64,000 bases of DNA from an uncultured virus (IMG/VR IMGVR_UViG_3300013115_000259) (lineage: Duplodnaviria; Heunggongvirae; Uroviricota; Caudoviricetes), in IMG/VR virus record IMGVR_UViG_3300013115_000259. One strand, given 5' to 3'. The notes beneath the pieces are model-generated. The model saw only the letters and a list, made by a program, of their open reading frames with translations, ran no database searches and had not been told where the DNA came from. Below, piece after piece: positions 50,298-58,830 of the stretch (position 1 is its first letter; each line of letters opens with the position of its first letter). Position numbers and translations under genes: made by a program.

Positions 50298-50905
50298 TGG
50301 GAAAAGTACTTTTACGAGAATATTACGAACTCTGCGAGGGTGGCGTATGTCAAGATCTTTTGACAGAAGATGAAAAAAGATTTGTGTCAAACGGCGGCAT
50401 GATGCTTTCGGGCAAATTACAAGAAGCCGATATACAAAACGGTAATGGAAGAGTTTACCCTTTCAAAACTTTGATGAGAGAAGTTAAGAATTACCAAAAG
50501 CTCGTAAAAGAAAAAAGAGCGCTGGGAGAATTAGATCATCCCGATGACTCAGTTATTAATCTCAAAAACGCATCACATATGGTTACTTCTGTTTGGATGG
50601 AGGACAAAAGTGTGATGGGTAAAGTAAAAGTTTTAAACACTCCTTCTGGCAATATTCTTCGTTCACTGGTAGAGTCGGGTGTTAAGCTTGGTATCTCTTC
50701 TCGTGGGATGGGCTCTGTGAGCGAGAACAACGGCGCTACCACGGTACAAGACGATTTTCAATTGATCTGTTTTGATTTCGTTTCTGAGCCATCAACTCCA
50801 GGGGCATATATGATGTCCGAAGCAAAGAATTTAAAAGAATCCAATATATTCACACGAGCAGATCGAATCAATCGCTTATTAAATGAGGTATTAGCAGATG
50901 AATAA
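50297..50905 (+). CDS. gp21: Prohead core protease (T4 gp21-like)
   Basis: 'NGNGRVYP', 'ALGELDHP', 'LGISSRGMGS', 'DFVSEPSTPGA'. Confidence 0.95.
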   Translation: MGKVLLREYYELCEGGVCQDLLTEDEKRFVSNGGMMLSGKLQEADIQNGNGRVYPFKTLMREVKNYQKLVKEKRALGELDHPDDSVINLKNASHMVTSVWMEDKSVMGKVKVLNTPSGNILRSLVESGVKLGISSRGMGSVSENNGATTVQDDFQLICFDFVSEPSTPGAYMMSEAKNLKESNIFTRADRINRLLNEVLADE

Positions 50906-53678
50906 ACCACAACTTGCACAAATTGTTTTAGAGGAAATAAATCGCCAGGAAGATATCAGGAAGACTGCGACGATTATCCAGGAAGAACTCTTGGTTTTTA
51001 AATTAAATCAAGACATTCTTAAAGAACATCAAAAACTTATAAAGGAACGCAAAGATTTCTGGTCGGTGGTTTTACAAGAATACCTTAAAGCAGAGCATGG
51101 CGACAAGTTTGATTCATCGCTTATTGAAGAGGGTATTTGGACAAATATTAAATATAATATAGGCAAATTGGGCTCTCTTGAGAAGGGCGGCAAGATTTTT
51201 GGCAAGCGCAAAGAACGCGTTGCTGCCGCATTGGAAAAAGTACAAGCTGCTATTGATGGCGCTATGAAGAAAGGCTTCGGAGATTTTAAGAAAAATATTG
51301 AGGCAGAGCATAAAGAGTTTCCTAATATGAGAGAAAAGGTTGATTTTATGGCAGCACTATATGAAATTGGTGGTGTATATGATTCAGCCGAGGCCGCCGT
51401 TGAGTCGGGCAATTTCCCTGGTGGACCTGCAGCAGCAAATTATCTTGTGAAAGCTTTGAGAGAATATGTAAAATGGCTTCTTGATTTTCAATTGGCAGAC
51501 GCTTATAAGCATTTCACAGAAGAAAAAGAAATACCGGAAGATGTTCTGGCAGAACAGCTTCAAGAATGGCATACCAAGAATTTAAAAGAAGCTCCAATTA
51601 TGCCTGGAAACGTAGGTGCTGCAACTGACACTAGACAGCCTCAGTTACAAAAGGGCCGCACAGCGGCTTATGCTGCACCCGAGGGCCCAACGGGCGCGAG
51701 CTATACAAAAGCCGGCAGAGAGGGCGACGAGGTAGATTCTGCCACAATTAAAGGGCTCAAGAGCAACAAGGCACCAGCAGTTCTGGCAGCTTTAGGAGCA
51801 TTGGGAGCCGGATTTGGTTGGCTTGTCCAACAGCCATGGTTTATAGCCATGTTTAAAGACCCAGGACAATGGGTAACACTTAAGAACGTTATTATGGGAA
51901 CAGACAGAGTGGGAGTAACCGAACAGTTAGCAGTGTTACAAGGGACTCCAGGCGCGAATCTTTCCCAATTGGGCGTCGGAGATTTTGTGAAGCAAATGGC
52001 GTCAAAGGGACTTGTTGATGGTGCTGGCAATCCAACAAAGAATTTATTAGATATGGCGTCAGCCGGCGGAAATACAGGTTTCGCTAATTGGTGGACAACC
52101 AATATTGCAAATGCTGTAACTACAAATCCTGCAGCCACTTTGGAACAAGTCATTCCCTTGTCGGGAGCAGGCGCCGCCGGCGCAGGAGGAGATATTTTTA
52201 CTCCTAAGATTGCAAAGATAGTGACAAAGACAGTTTTCAGACAGGGCGCCACATCTTTGGGCGCATATCAATTAGCTGCAGCCGGCCCATGGATCGCAGC
52301 TTTGGGCATTGGATTAGTTAGTGCCGGCGCAGCAGTCAAGCTCCTTCGTATGAAGGGCATGAAGTCTTCACGAGCACAAATGCTCGCAGATTTATATAAA
52401 GAGTTAGTAGACTTTCCTGTGCCTGAAGAAAGTAAAATACAACAAGCAATTGATCCTGAGCCCGAAAAGAAAGACGATGACATCGAACAAACTTCGGATG
52501 ATACCGACCTGGACCGGGGTCCTGTCGAGCCCGTCGACCCCATAACCGAACCTGGGCTTCAACAAGAAGTTATAATTGATTATGACACCGTACAAGCGCG
52601 TGTAGGCGACAAGGTTGATGATCCAGTCAAAGTAGATTATATTTTGCAAGCTTTCGAGGCAGCAAACAAAAACGACAAGATCAAGTTTAAATTAGCTCCC
52701 GCTTCTATCGCCAAGGTACAGAAAGAAAATATTAATGTTTTCCAGGCATGGAAGGAATACATAGCGTCCGAAGAGCCGTCGATAACGACAGCAGACGTGA
52801 AAGAAGTAATAAAGGCTATTTTGGGAATCTATGGAGACGCGGGACTTACGCAGGCACATTTTGAGGGCATGGACGAGTTGCCCATCACTAAGACGGATGA
52901 CGAAGTTGATGATGAAGATCGGACTAAAAAGGACGACGAAACCAAAATCACTGTTGATGATGAAGAGGTGATCACACGGGACTTGGAACCAGACGCCACC
53001 CCCCAAGATGATCTTTCTCTAACCAAGGATGTATCAAGGTGGGATAAAGGAGAAGAGCCGGTTGATACGACTGTAAGTGTCGATCCAGAAAAGGGAGAAG
53101 AAGAAGAGGAAGAAGAGGTACCTAAAAAGAAAACTTATAGATTGCCTCCTAAATTTAAACAGCAGGAAATCGAAACACGCACAGGAAAAACGTATAAAGT
53201 TGCGCGTTTATTAAGAGATCTTGAAGGCGCCCACGCTCAACAGTTTCCAGAAAATTCTTTTGAAGAAGACTGGGGAGAGTTTGTGGATGCATTAGGAGAC
53301 ATTAAGAGACAAATGAGCGCCCCCGTGCAAGAAGGAGGAACAACTGTGGCAAAGATGGCAGGTGCATTTGGCAAAGAAAAAGCCTCTACTGCATTAGCGC
53401 ATCTGAATAATCTCCAAAAGAAAAAGGACACTGGATCTTATCGTATCCTGCAGTCACTAAAAAAACCTCATGACGCTCGTGTAATGGTGCCGCTTTTGAC
53501 GCGTGTATTGAAGTCGGTTACAAAGGGTGGCGTGTCTTCTAAACAAACAGCAGATGCCACCAGCGCCCCGCCGGCGAAGCTGGCCAACGTAGCCGAAGCA
53601 ATGGGAGAAGGCATCTTAAAAGAATCTGTCCTTGGCAGATGGAAGACGCTATCAGGAATTAGCAAGGGTGATGGATGA
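50898..53678 (+). CDS. Large (926 aa) putative internal head/ejection protein with two TM-like segments
   Basis: Leader variant MNKPQLAQIVLEE; hydrophobic 'AVLAALGALGAGFGWLV' and 'WIAALGIGLVSAGAAV'; acidic C-terminal half. Confidence 0.55.
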   Translation: MNKPQLAQIVLEEINRQEDIRKTATIIQEELLVFKLNQDILKEHQKLIKERKDFWSVVLQEYLKAEHGDKFDSSLIEEGIWTNIKYNIGKLGSLEKGGKIFGKRKERVAAALEKVQAAIDGAMKKGFGDFKKNIEAEHKEFPNMREKVDFMAALYEIGGVYDSAEAAVESGNFPGGPAAANYLVKALREYVKWLLDFQLADAYKHFTEEKEIPEDVLAEQLQEWHTKNLKEAPIMPGNVGAATDTRQPQLQKGRTAAYAAPEGPTGASYTKAGREGDEVDSATIKGLKSNKAPAVLAALGALGAGFGWLVQQPWFIAMFKDPGQWVTLKNVIMGTDRVGVTEQLAVLQGTPGANLSQLGVGDFVKQMASKGLVDGAGNPTKNLLDMASAGGNTGFANWWTTNIANAVTTNPAATLEQVIPLSGAGAAGAGGDIFTPKIAKIVTKTVFRQGATSLGAYQLAAAGPWIAALGIGLVSAGAAVKLLRMKGMKSSRAQMLADLYKELVDFPVPEESKIQQAIDPEPEKKDDDIEQTSDDTDLDRGPVEPVDPITEPGLQQEVIIDYDTVQARVGDKVDDPVKVDYILQAFEAANKNDKIKFKLAPASIAKVQKENINVFQAWKEYIASEEPSITTADVKEVIKAILGIYGDAGLTQAHFEGMDELPITKTDDEVDDEDRTKKDDETKITVDDEEVITRDLEPDATPQDDLSLTKDVSRWDKGEEPVDTTVSVDPEKGEEEEEEEVPKKKTYRLPPKFKQQEIETRTGKTYKVARLLRDLEGAHAQQFPENSFEEDWGEFVDALGDIKRQMSAPVQEGGTTVAKMAGAFGKEKASTALAHLNNLQKKKDTGSYRILQSLKKPHDARVMVPLLTRVLKSVTKGGVSSKQTADATSAPPAKLANVAEAMGEGILKESVLGRWKTLSGISKGDG

Positions 53679-54091
53679 AGAAGTCAGATCTCAAACGCTT
53701 AATCAAGCCTGTAGTTAAAGAGTGTATTCATGAAGTCCTTCTAGAAGAGGGGCTTCTCTCGAATGTGGTGGCTGAAGTAGCTAAGGGCATGCAAGGTAAT
53801 CTCGTTATGGAAACAAAAGAGGCTGCTCCGAAACGCATGTTTAATGAAGATATGAAGATGCGCAAGCAGTCTAACGAATCGAGAAAGAAGGTTCAAGAAC
53901 ACCGTCAAAAATTGATGGAATCTATGGGAGCAGACGCATATAATGGCGTTGATTTGTTTGAAGGAACTGAGCCGATGTCACACAGGCAGTCTGCCGCCGG
54001 CGCACCCGATTTGGGTCCTCCCGGCGATGCAGGGGTAGATATTAGTTCTATTCTCGGACATTCTTCCGCGATTTGGAAAGCAATGAAATAG
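53675..54091 (+). CDS. Hypothetical protein (MKKSDLKRLIKPVVKECIHEVLLEEG)
   Basis: Leader-like N-terminus; head module. Confidence 0.55.
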   Translation: MKKSDLKRLIKPVVKECIHEVLLEEGLLSNVVAEVAKGMQGNLVMETKEAAPKRMFNEDMKMRKQSNESRKKVQEHRQKLMESMGADAYNGVDLFEGTEPMSHRQSAAGAPDLGPPGDAGVDISSILGHSSAIWKAMK

Positions 54092-54098
54092 GTATATA

Positions 54099-54341
54099 AT
54101 GGCAAAAACATATAATATTGGCGTAACTTCAAGAGAGACAAGGGGTAACGTTGAGAGAATGATAAAAAAATTCACTAAGAAAGTCAAGAAAGAACGCATT
54201 ATTGAAGAGGTGCGTGATCGTAAGCGATATAAAAAACCATCTGTTGCTAAGAAAGAAAAACGAATTCGAGCACAACGGATGAGATTAAAAGAAGAACGAA
54301 AAAAACGTAAAGCCCAAGAAAGACGCAATAGAAAAAAATAG
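54099..54341 (+). CDS. rpsU: Phage-encoded ribosomal protein bS21
   Basis: 80 aa, very basic. 'NVERMIKKFTKKVKKERIIEEVRDRKRYKKPSVAKKEK' matches the bS21 pattern (E.ALRRFKR......E.R.R..YEKPS..RK). Confidence 0.88.
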   Translation: MAKTYNIGVTSRETRGNVERMIKKFTKKVKKERIIEEVRDRKRYKKPSVAKKEKRIRAQRMRLKEERKKRKAQERRNRKK

Positions 54342-54343
54342 AG

Positions 54344-54351
54344 ACTATTTA
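54344..54351 (+). promoter_or_regulatory. Candidate late promoter ACTATTTA
   Basis: Intergenic, between the bS21 gene and the paralog pair. Confidence 0.55.
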
Positions 54352-54381
54352 CATTGAACATAATTATTTTAGGAGATTCAT

Positions 54382-54825
54382 ATGCCAGGCGATTCATGGA
54401 AATTAGCACCAGGCCTACACAACGTTGGCTCTTATCAGGTGAGCGGCATTCCCTTTGTATCGGGTGGAATTGATGCTAGGACAGCCCTCAAGATTCAATT
54501 CCCCTCTGTAACTAAGTGGGTGTGGGTGCAGAATAGAGACGACTCCAATGATTTAAAAGTGGGCTTTTCTGAAGCTGGAGTGAGAGCCGACGCTGCATGG
54601 ACTGGCGCAGGATATGCGGCAGGAACGTATTTTTTTACCGTGGAAGACACTTCGACGGCGCCCGATAGAGCTTCTCATTTACCTACATTGCCCGTAAAGA
54701 TTAGCGAATTGTGGCTTTCGGGATCGACTGCCGTAGATGTAATGGCTGGATTGACTTATGTTCCTAAACAGCGTACTGATACTACCCAAGGCACAAGTTG
54801 GTCGGGCTCTAACGGGGTAGGATAG
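54382..54825 (+). CDS. Putative virion protein, tandem paralog 1
   Basis: AGGAG SD, upstream ACTATTTA, and near-identical termini with the next gene. Confidence 0.65.
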   Translation: MPGDSWKLAPGLHNVGSYQVSGIPFVSGGIDARTALKIQFPSVTKWVWVQNRDDSNDLKVGFSEAGVRADAAWTGAGYAAGTYFFTVEDTSTAPDRASHLPTLPVKISELWLSGSTAVDVMAGLTYVPKQRTDTTQGTSWSGSNGVG

Positions 54826-54859
54826 TAATGATTAAATTTATTAATTTAGGAGATTCTTA

Positions 54860-55279
54860 ATGCCGGGAGATTCATGGAAATTAGCGCCTGGATTAAATGC
54901 TGTTGGAGCTTATCAAGTTAGCGGCATTCCATTTGCGTCGGGTGGTATTGATTGTACCACTGCTACGAAAGTTCAGTTCCCACATGTGACTAAATGGGTG
55001 TGGGTACAAAATAGATTTTCGGGAACTGGGGTTACCAACCTTAAAATAGGCTTTTCGCAATTGGGAGTAGAAGGCGACAATTGGATTGCGTTGCCCGATA
55101 AACATTCGGGAGCACCAGATCGTGCGTCGTATCTTCCCATTATTGATGTGAAGGTAAGCGAAATATGGCTTTCAGGATCGAGCAACGTGGATATAGTTGC
55201 AGGATTAACGTATGTTCCTAAACAAAGGACTGATACTGACAAGGGTACCAGTTGGTCTGGTTCTGCAGGGGTAGGATAA
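54860..55279 (+). CDS. Putative virion protein, tandem paralog 2
   Basis: Shares MPGDSWKLAPGL, YQVSGIPF, VTKWVWVQNR and GLTYVPKQRTDT. Confidence 0.65.
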   Translation: MPGDSWKLAPGLNAVGAYQVSGIPFASGGIDCTTATKVQFPHVTKWVWVQNRFSGTGVTNLKIGFSQLGVEGDNWIALPDKHSGAPDRASYLPIIDVKVSEIWLSGSSNVDIVAGLTYVPKQRTDTDKGTSWSGSAGVG

Positions 55280-55282
55280 GAG

Positions 55283-55963
55283 ATGGCATCGTTTGGATGG
55301 GCATATGTTGATTGTACAGAGACTGATGGAGCTTTTAGTGGGCCCACTGGTTCGGTTTTATTTGTAACGGGTACAAAAAAAGCCACTGGTGTTACTAATT
55401 TTATGTACTATACAGCCTCTACTGGCGAATTAGCAGCTAGTACATTGGTGTTGACAGGAACTCTTATTGTTAGTGGGAATATTAGCGCTAGCCATTATCA
55501 TATTGAAAATGTTGCTGTTATTGATTCCACTGGTTCTACTTATTTCGGTAATAGTAACGATGATATGCATCGCCGTACCGGTAGTTTAACTGTGATGTCG
55601 GGCGCAACGTATTTATTTAGTGCATCGGCTATAACAGAAAGGGTGTGGGTAAGAGGATTTGGCGCAAAATATTCAGCAGTTGGAGTAGCCGCTAATCCGT
55701 ATCATGTTTCTTCTAGTGATTATATTTTGGGAGTTAAAGATAGTAATAATGTAACCATATATCTTCCTAGCGCATCAGTGTCGCGACCCGGGGCCATGTT
55801 ATTGGTAAAAGATCAAGTTACTTCCCGCGCCACTAAAATAGTAATTTCAGCTTCTGTTCCTGCGGGCGGTTTCACTATTGATGGCGATTCTTATTATACT
55901 ATGGCTGGCACCATGGCAGCAATTAGTCTATATTCGGACGGAACGAATTGGTTTGTATATTAG
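55283..55963 (+). CDS. Putative fibre/decoration protein
   Basis: Beta-rich; C-terminal domain 'TIYLPSA...LLVKD...TIDG...AISLYSDGTNWFVY'. Confidence 0.55.
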   Translation: MASFGWAYVDCTETDGAFSGPTGSVLFVTGTKKATGVTNFMYYTASTGELAASTLVLTGTLIVSGNISASHYHIENVAVIDSTGSTYFGNSNDDMHRRTGSLTVMSGATYLFSASAITERVWVRGFGAKYSAVGVAANPYHVSSSDYILGVKDSNNVTIYLPSASVSRPGAMLLVKDQVTSRATKIVISASVPAGGFTIDGDSYYTMAGTMAAISLYSDGTNWFVY

Positions 55964-55978
55964 GAGGAGCGGTGTTGA

Positions 55979-57028
55979 ATGGCATACAATGTTTTATCTG
56001 GCACCGTAATTGCCGCCCAAGAATATACACCTAGTACGCTTGTTGTCGGAAACATTGTTTCCGGAAATCTGAGCACTTCGGATGGAGCTAACGTTATTAA
56101 TGTTCCACGTGTATCTAATGCCACTAATAATGCGATTCTTACTAATGTAGGTGGTGACGCGAACTCTATAACGTGCGAATCAAATCTGACTTTTGATGGG
56201 AGCACGTTGTCTCTCACTGGCGATCTTACTGCTAGTGTGGGAGTTTCTGCGTCCTATTTTGAGGGCGACGGCAGTAGATTAACAGGAATTAGTGCCGGCG
56301 GTGGTGGTGGAGGGGGTTCCGCCTCTGCAGGGCCCGCATATTCATTACAGTTTGTAACAGCATCGGGAAGAAGCGGCACAACCGGATCCGTCAAATTATT
56401 ATACTCTAGTAATAATTTAACGTTTACAGGAAGTCTTAGGGTGAGTGGCACCACTTATTTGGATGGCAATTTGGTGCCTACTTTGGGAAGTACTCATGAC
56501 TTAGGAACGTCTGCTAATCCGTGGGGATCATTATATGTGGATGCCGGCACAATTTATATGGGCTCTGACGCTCTTACGGTAGCTGATAATAACTTGAAAT
56601 TTGGCTCTGGAAGTACTACAAAAGGCTTTGATGTAGGCTTTATGAATTTTAAGAATAATGGAATCTTTATGGATCCAGGATTTTTGTTTAAGCTCCGAGC
56701 TTATCAAATTCAAATGTTTGGGGGGATTGGATATGTTAGAAGAGTAGTGGCAGATGATTATACAATTCAAGAAATTGATTATTTAGTAGGAATCCAATCA
56801 GACACTCTTACAGCTTCAGTTACATTAACTCTTCCTTCTGCCGATGGTGTCTTAAATGGGCAGACATATGCTATAAAAGACGAGGGAGGTAACGCTTCAA
56901 CGTATCCAGTGATTATAAGGACTCAGGGAAGCGATACTATTGATGGGCAAACTTCAATAGTTTTAGAATCACCTTATGCAGCAATTCAGCTTTATTGCAA
57001 CGGGCTCAATAAATACTTCGTTTACTAG
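55979..57028 (+). CDS. Putative fibre/decoration protein
   Basis: Same C-terminal domain 'TLTLPSA...IKDE...TIDG...ESPYAAIQLY'; AGGAGG SD. Confidence 0.55.
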   Translation: MAYNVLSGTVIAAQEYTPSTLVVGNIVSGNLSTSDGANVINVPRVSNATNNAILTNVGGDANSITCESNLTFDGSTLSLTGDLTASVGVSASYFEGDGSRLTGISAGGGGGGGSASAGPAYSLQFVTASGRSGTTGSVKLLYSSNNLTFTGSLRVSGTTYLDGNLVPTLGSTHDLGTSANPWGSLYVDAGTIYMGSDALTVADNNLKFGSGSTTKGFDVGFMNFKNNGIFMDPGFLFKLRAYQIQMFGGIGYVRRVVADDYTIQEIDYLVGIQSDTLTASVTLTLPSADGVLNGQTYAIKDEGGNASTYPVIIRTQGSDTIDGQTSIVLESPYAAIQLYCNGLNKYFVY

Positions 57029-57061
57029 AAATTTAAAGGATCCAGGCGCCTATTTAGTAAT

Positions 57062-57120
57062 AAGCGGGGATACGTGTATGCGTAATCTCGCTTGCATTTG
57101 GATAGGTGTATGCCTATTCA
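57062..57120 (+). promoter_or_regulatory. Twin stem-loops with an identical TGTATG loop in a 5' leader; candidate cis-regulatory RNA
   Basis: AAGCGGGGATACG-TGTATG-CGTAATCTCGCTT and TGGATAGG-TGTATG-CCTATTCA. Confidence 0.55.
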
Positions 57121-57153
57121 GATAAGCTAACTATTTCTTGGAGGATATATAAT

Positions 57154-58713
57154 ATGGCTTATAAATTTCAATTTGGGGCTGCTACTATGAGTGGCTCCTT
57201 AGTACAGGAGGAAGGTATTACTACGACCACACTTAGTGCAACTGGTGATGTCGATCTGGGTAACGCTACTACCGATACTGTTACAGTAACCGGTCAGTTT
57301 GATTCGGATCTTATCCCTTCTACTGATAGTGCCCGTGATTTGGGTACTTCTGCTAAACAATGGGCGGAAGCTCACATCGATGCTGGTTACATCGATGCAA
57401 TTACAGTAACTGGTACGTCAACTTTGACTACTGTTGATATCAACGGTGGTAATATTGATGGAACCGTAATTGGTGCTGCATCCGTTGCAGCTGGTACATT
57501 TGCCGCTGTTGCTGGAACAACGGGTACCTACTCTGGTGTTCTTAAGACAGACGATACAACTGAAGCAACTTCAACAACTGACGGTTCTTTACAGACCGAT
57601 GGTGGTTTAAGTGTTGCTAAGAGTGCAGTTATCGGTGATGACTTGGACCTCTTGTCTGATTCGTCAGTTCTTTCGATGGGCCTCGGCTCGGATATTACGT
57701 TTACTCATGATGGTACAACTGGTCTAACCATTGCTGCTACGCCAATCTCTGTTAAATCAGTTGGAGATTTAACTCTGTCTTCGTCCACCGACATCGTTCT
57801 CGATGCTATTGGTGGAAACTTTGAATTCAAAGATGCCGGTACTGCAAAATTGACTATCGATCTTGATACCACTGCAGGCGACGTTGATGTAAATCTCATG
57901 GTTGATGGCGATGATTTGGTTTTCAATCAGTTTGATGGAACTGAAGTAATGAGATTAACGGATGACGGCGAAGTTCAAATTACGGCAGGACTCATACCAG
58001 ACGCCAACGATGGTGCTTATCTCGGTACAACTGCCAAACAGTTTAGCGATCTCTTCCTTGCGGAAGGTGCCGTTATCAACTTTGATAATGGTGATTTGAC
58101 GCTGACACAAACTGGCGATGCTCTGGTTCTTGCCGGCGACGGTGTTCCTAAGTTAACTGCTACTCTGACTAACGCGCTTTCTAAAGCTGCTAACTCAGGT
58201 TTGGGCGGAACGACTTATGACGCTTCTTCTGCTGTTTCCGACTGGAAACTAGACATGAACACGCTAACCGCAGCTGCAGTTGATGTGGCTCTCGATAGTG
58301 TTGCTATCATTGATTCTAGTGACTCTAATCAAACACGCAAAGAAAGCATTGCGGACTTAGTTTCAGGAATGGCGGGAACTGGTCTTTCCGCTACCAATGG
58401 AGTACTTTCTGTTGGCGCTGCAAGCACTCCTAATGGAATTGGAGATGCCAATGCAGTCATGGCAGAAGGGCTTAACTATGGTACCGCTACTTTCACTGCT
58501 GCTCGTGTTTGGACGATGCTTGGTTCGGTTAACTTATCTGCTGGCGATGTTGTTCGCGTGAAGGCTCCTGCTGGAGTTTCCACTACTAACACGTTGACGA
58601 TCACTGCTAGTGGTGCACAGACTTTCGATGGAGAATCAATCTTGAAGATTGAATCACCTTATGGTGGTATCTCTCTTTTCTACGTTGCTGCTGATACATT
58701 TGTGATTATCTAA
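57154..58713 (+). CDS. Putative fibre protein, Thr/Asp/Gly-rich (true start likely ATG 57154)
   Basis: GGAGG SD before ATG 57154; 'LIP.......DLGTSAKQW' fibre-type repeats; C-terminal 'ESPYGGISLFY' domain. Confidence 0.6.
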   Translation: MAYKFQFGAATMSGSLVQEEGITTTTLSATGDVDLGNATTDTVTVTGQFDSDLIPSTDSARDLGTSAKQWAEAHIDAGYIDAITVTGTSTLTTVDINGGNIDGTVIGAASVAAGTFAAVAGTTGTYSGVLKTDDTTEATSTTDGSLQTDGGLSVAKSAVIGDDLDLLSDSSVLSMGLGSDITFTHDGTTGLTIAATPISVKSVGDLTLSSSTDIVLDAIGGNFEFKDAGTAKLTIDLDTTAGDVDVNLMVDGDDLVFNQFDGTEVMRLTDDGEVQITAGLIPDANDGAYLGTTAKQFSDLFLAEGAVINFDNGDLTLTQTGDALVLAGDGVPKLTATLTNALSKAANSGLGGTTYDASSAVSDWKLDMNTLTAAAVDVALDSVAIIDSSDSNQTRKESIADLVSGMAGTGLSATNGVLSVGAASTPNGIGDANAVMAEGLNYGTATFTAARVWTMLGSVNLSAGDVVRVKAPAGVSTTNTLTITASGAQTFDGESILKIESPYGGISLFYVAADTFVII

Positions 58714-58750
58714 TCTACGGCTTTCCTTAGATTTAAGATCATATCTTTTT

Positions 58751-58785
58751 GGATGTCCCTCTTTACGGGGGGCATCCTTTTTTTT
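58751..58785 (+). terminator. Rho-independent terminator
   Basis: GGATGTCCCTC-TTTAC-GGGGGGCATCC followed by a T8 tract. Confidence 0.85.
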
Positions 58786-58787
58786 AG

Positions 58788-58795
58788 ACTATTTA
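58788..58795 (+). promoter_or_regulatory. Candidate late promoter ACTATTTA
   Basis: Directly after a terminator, before ATG 58831. Confidence 0.6.
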
Positions 58796-58830
58796 AGTAA
58801 TGAAGCTAATTATTTGCGAGAGGATATAGA

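Noticed and set aside
57106..57153. ORF-track start at GTG 57106 (similarly 35996, 40182, 41620, 43460)
   Set aside because: Downstream ATGs have better SDs, match paralog or leader N-termini, or avoid long overlaps; GTG 57106 lies inside a hairpin.
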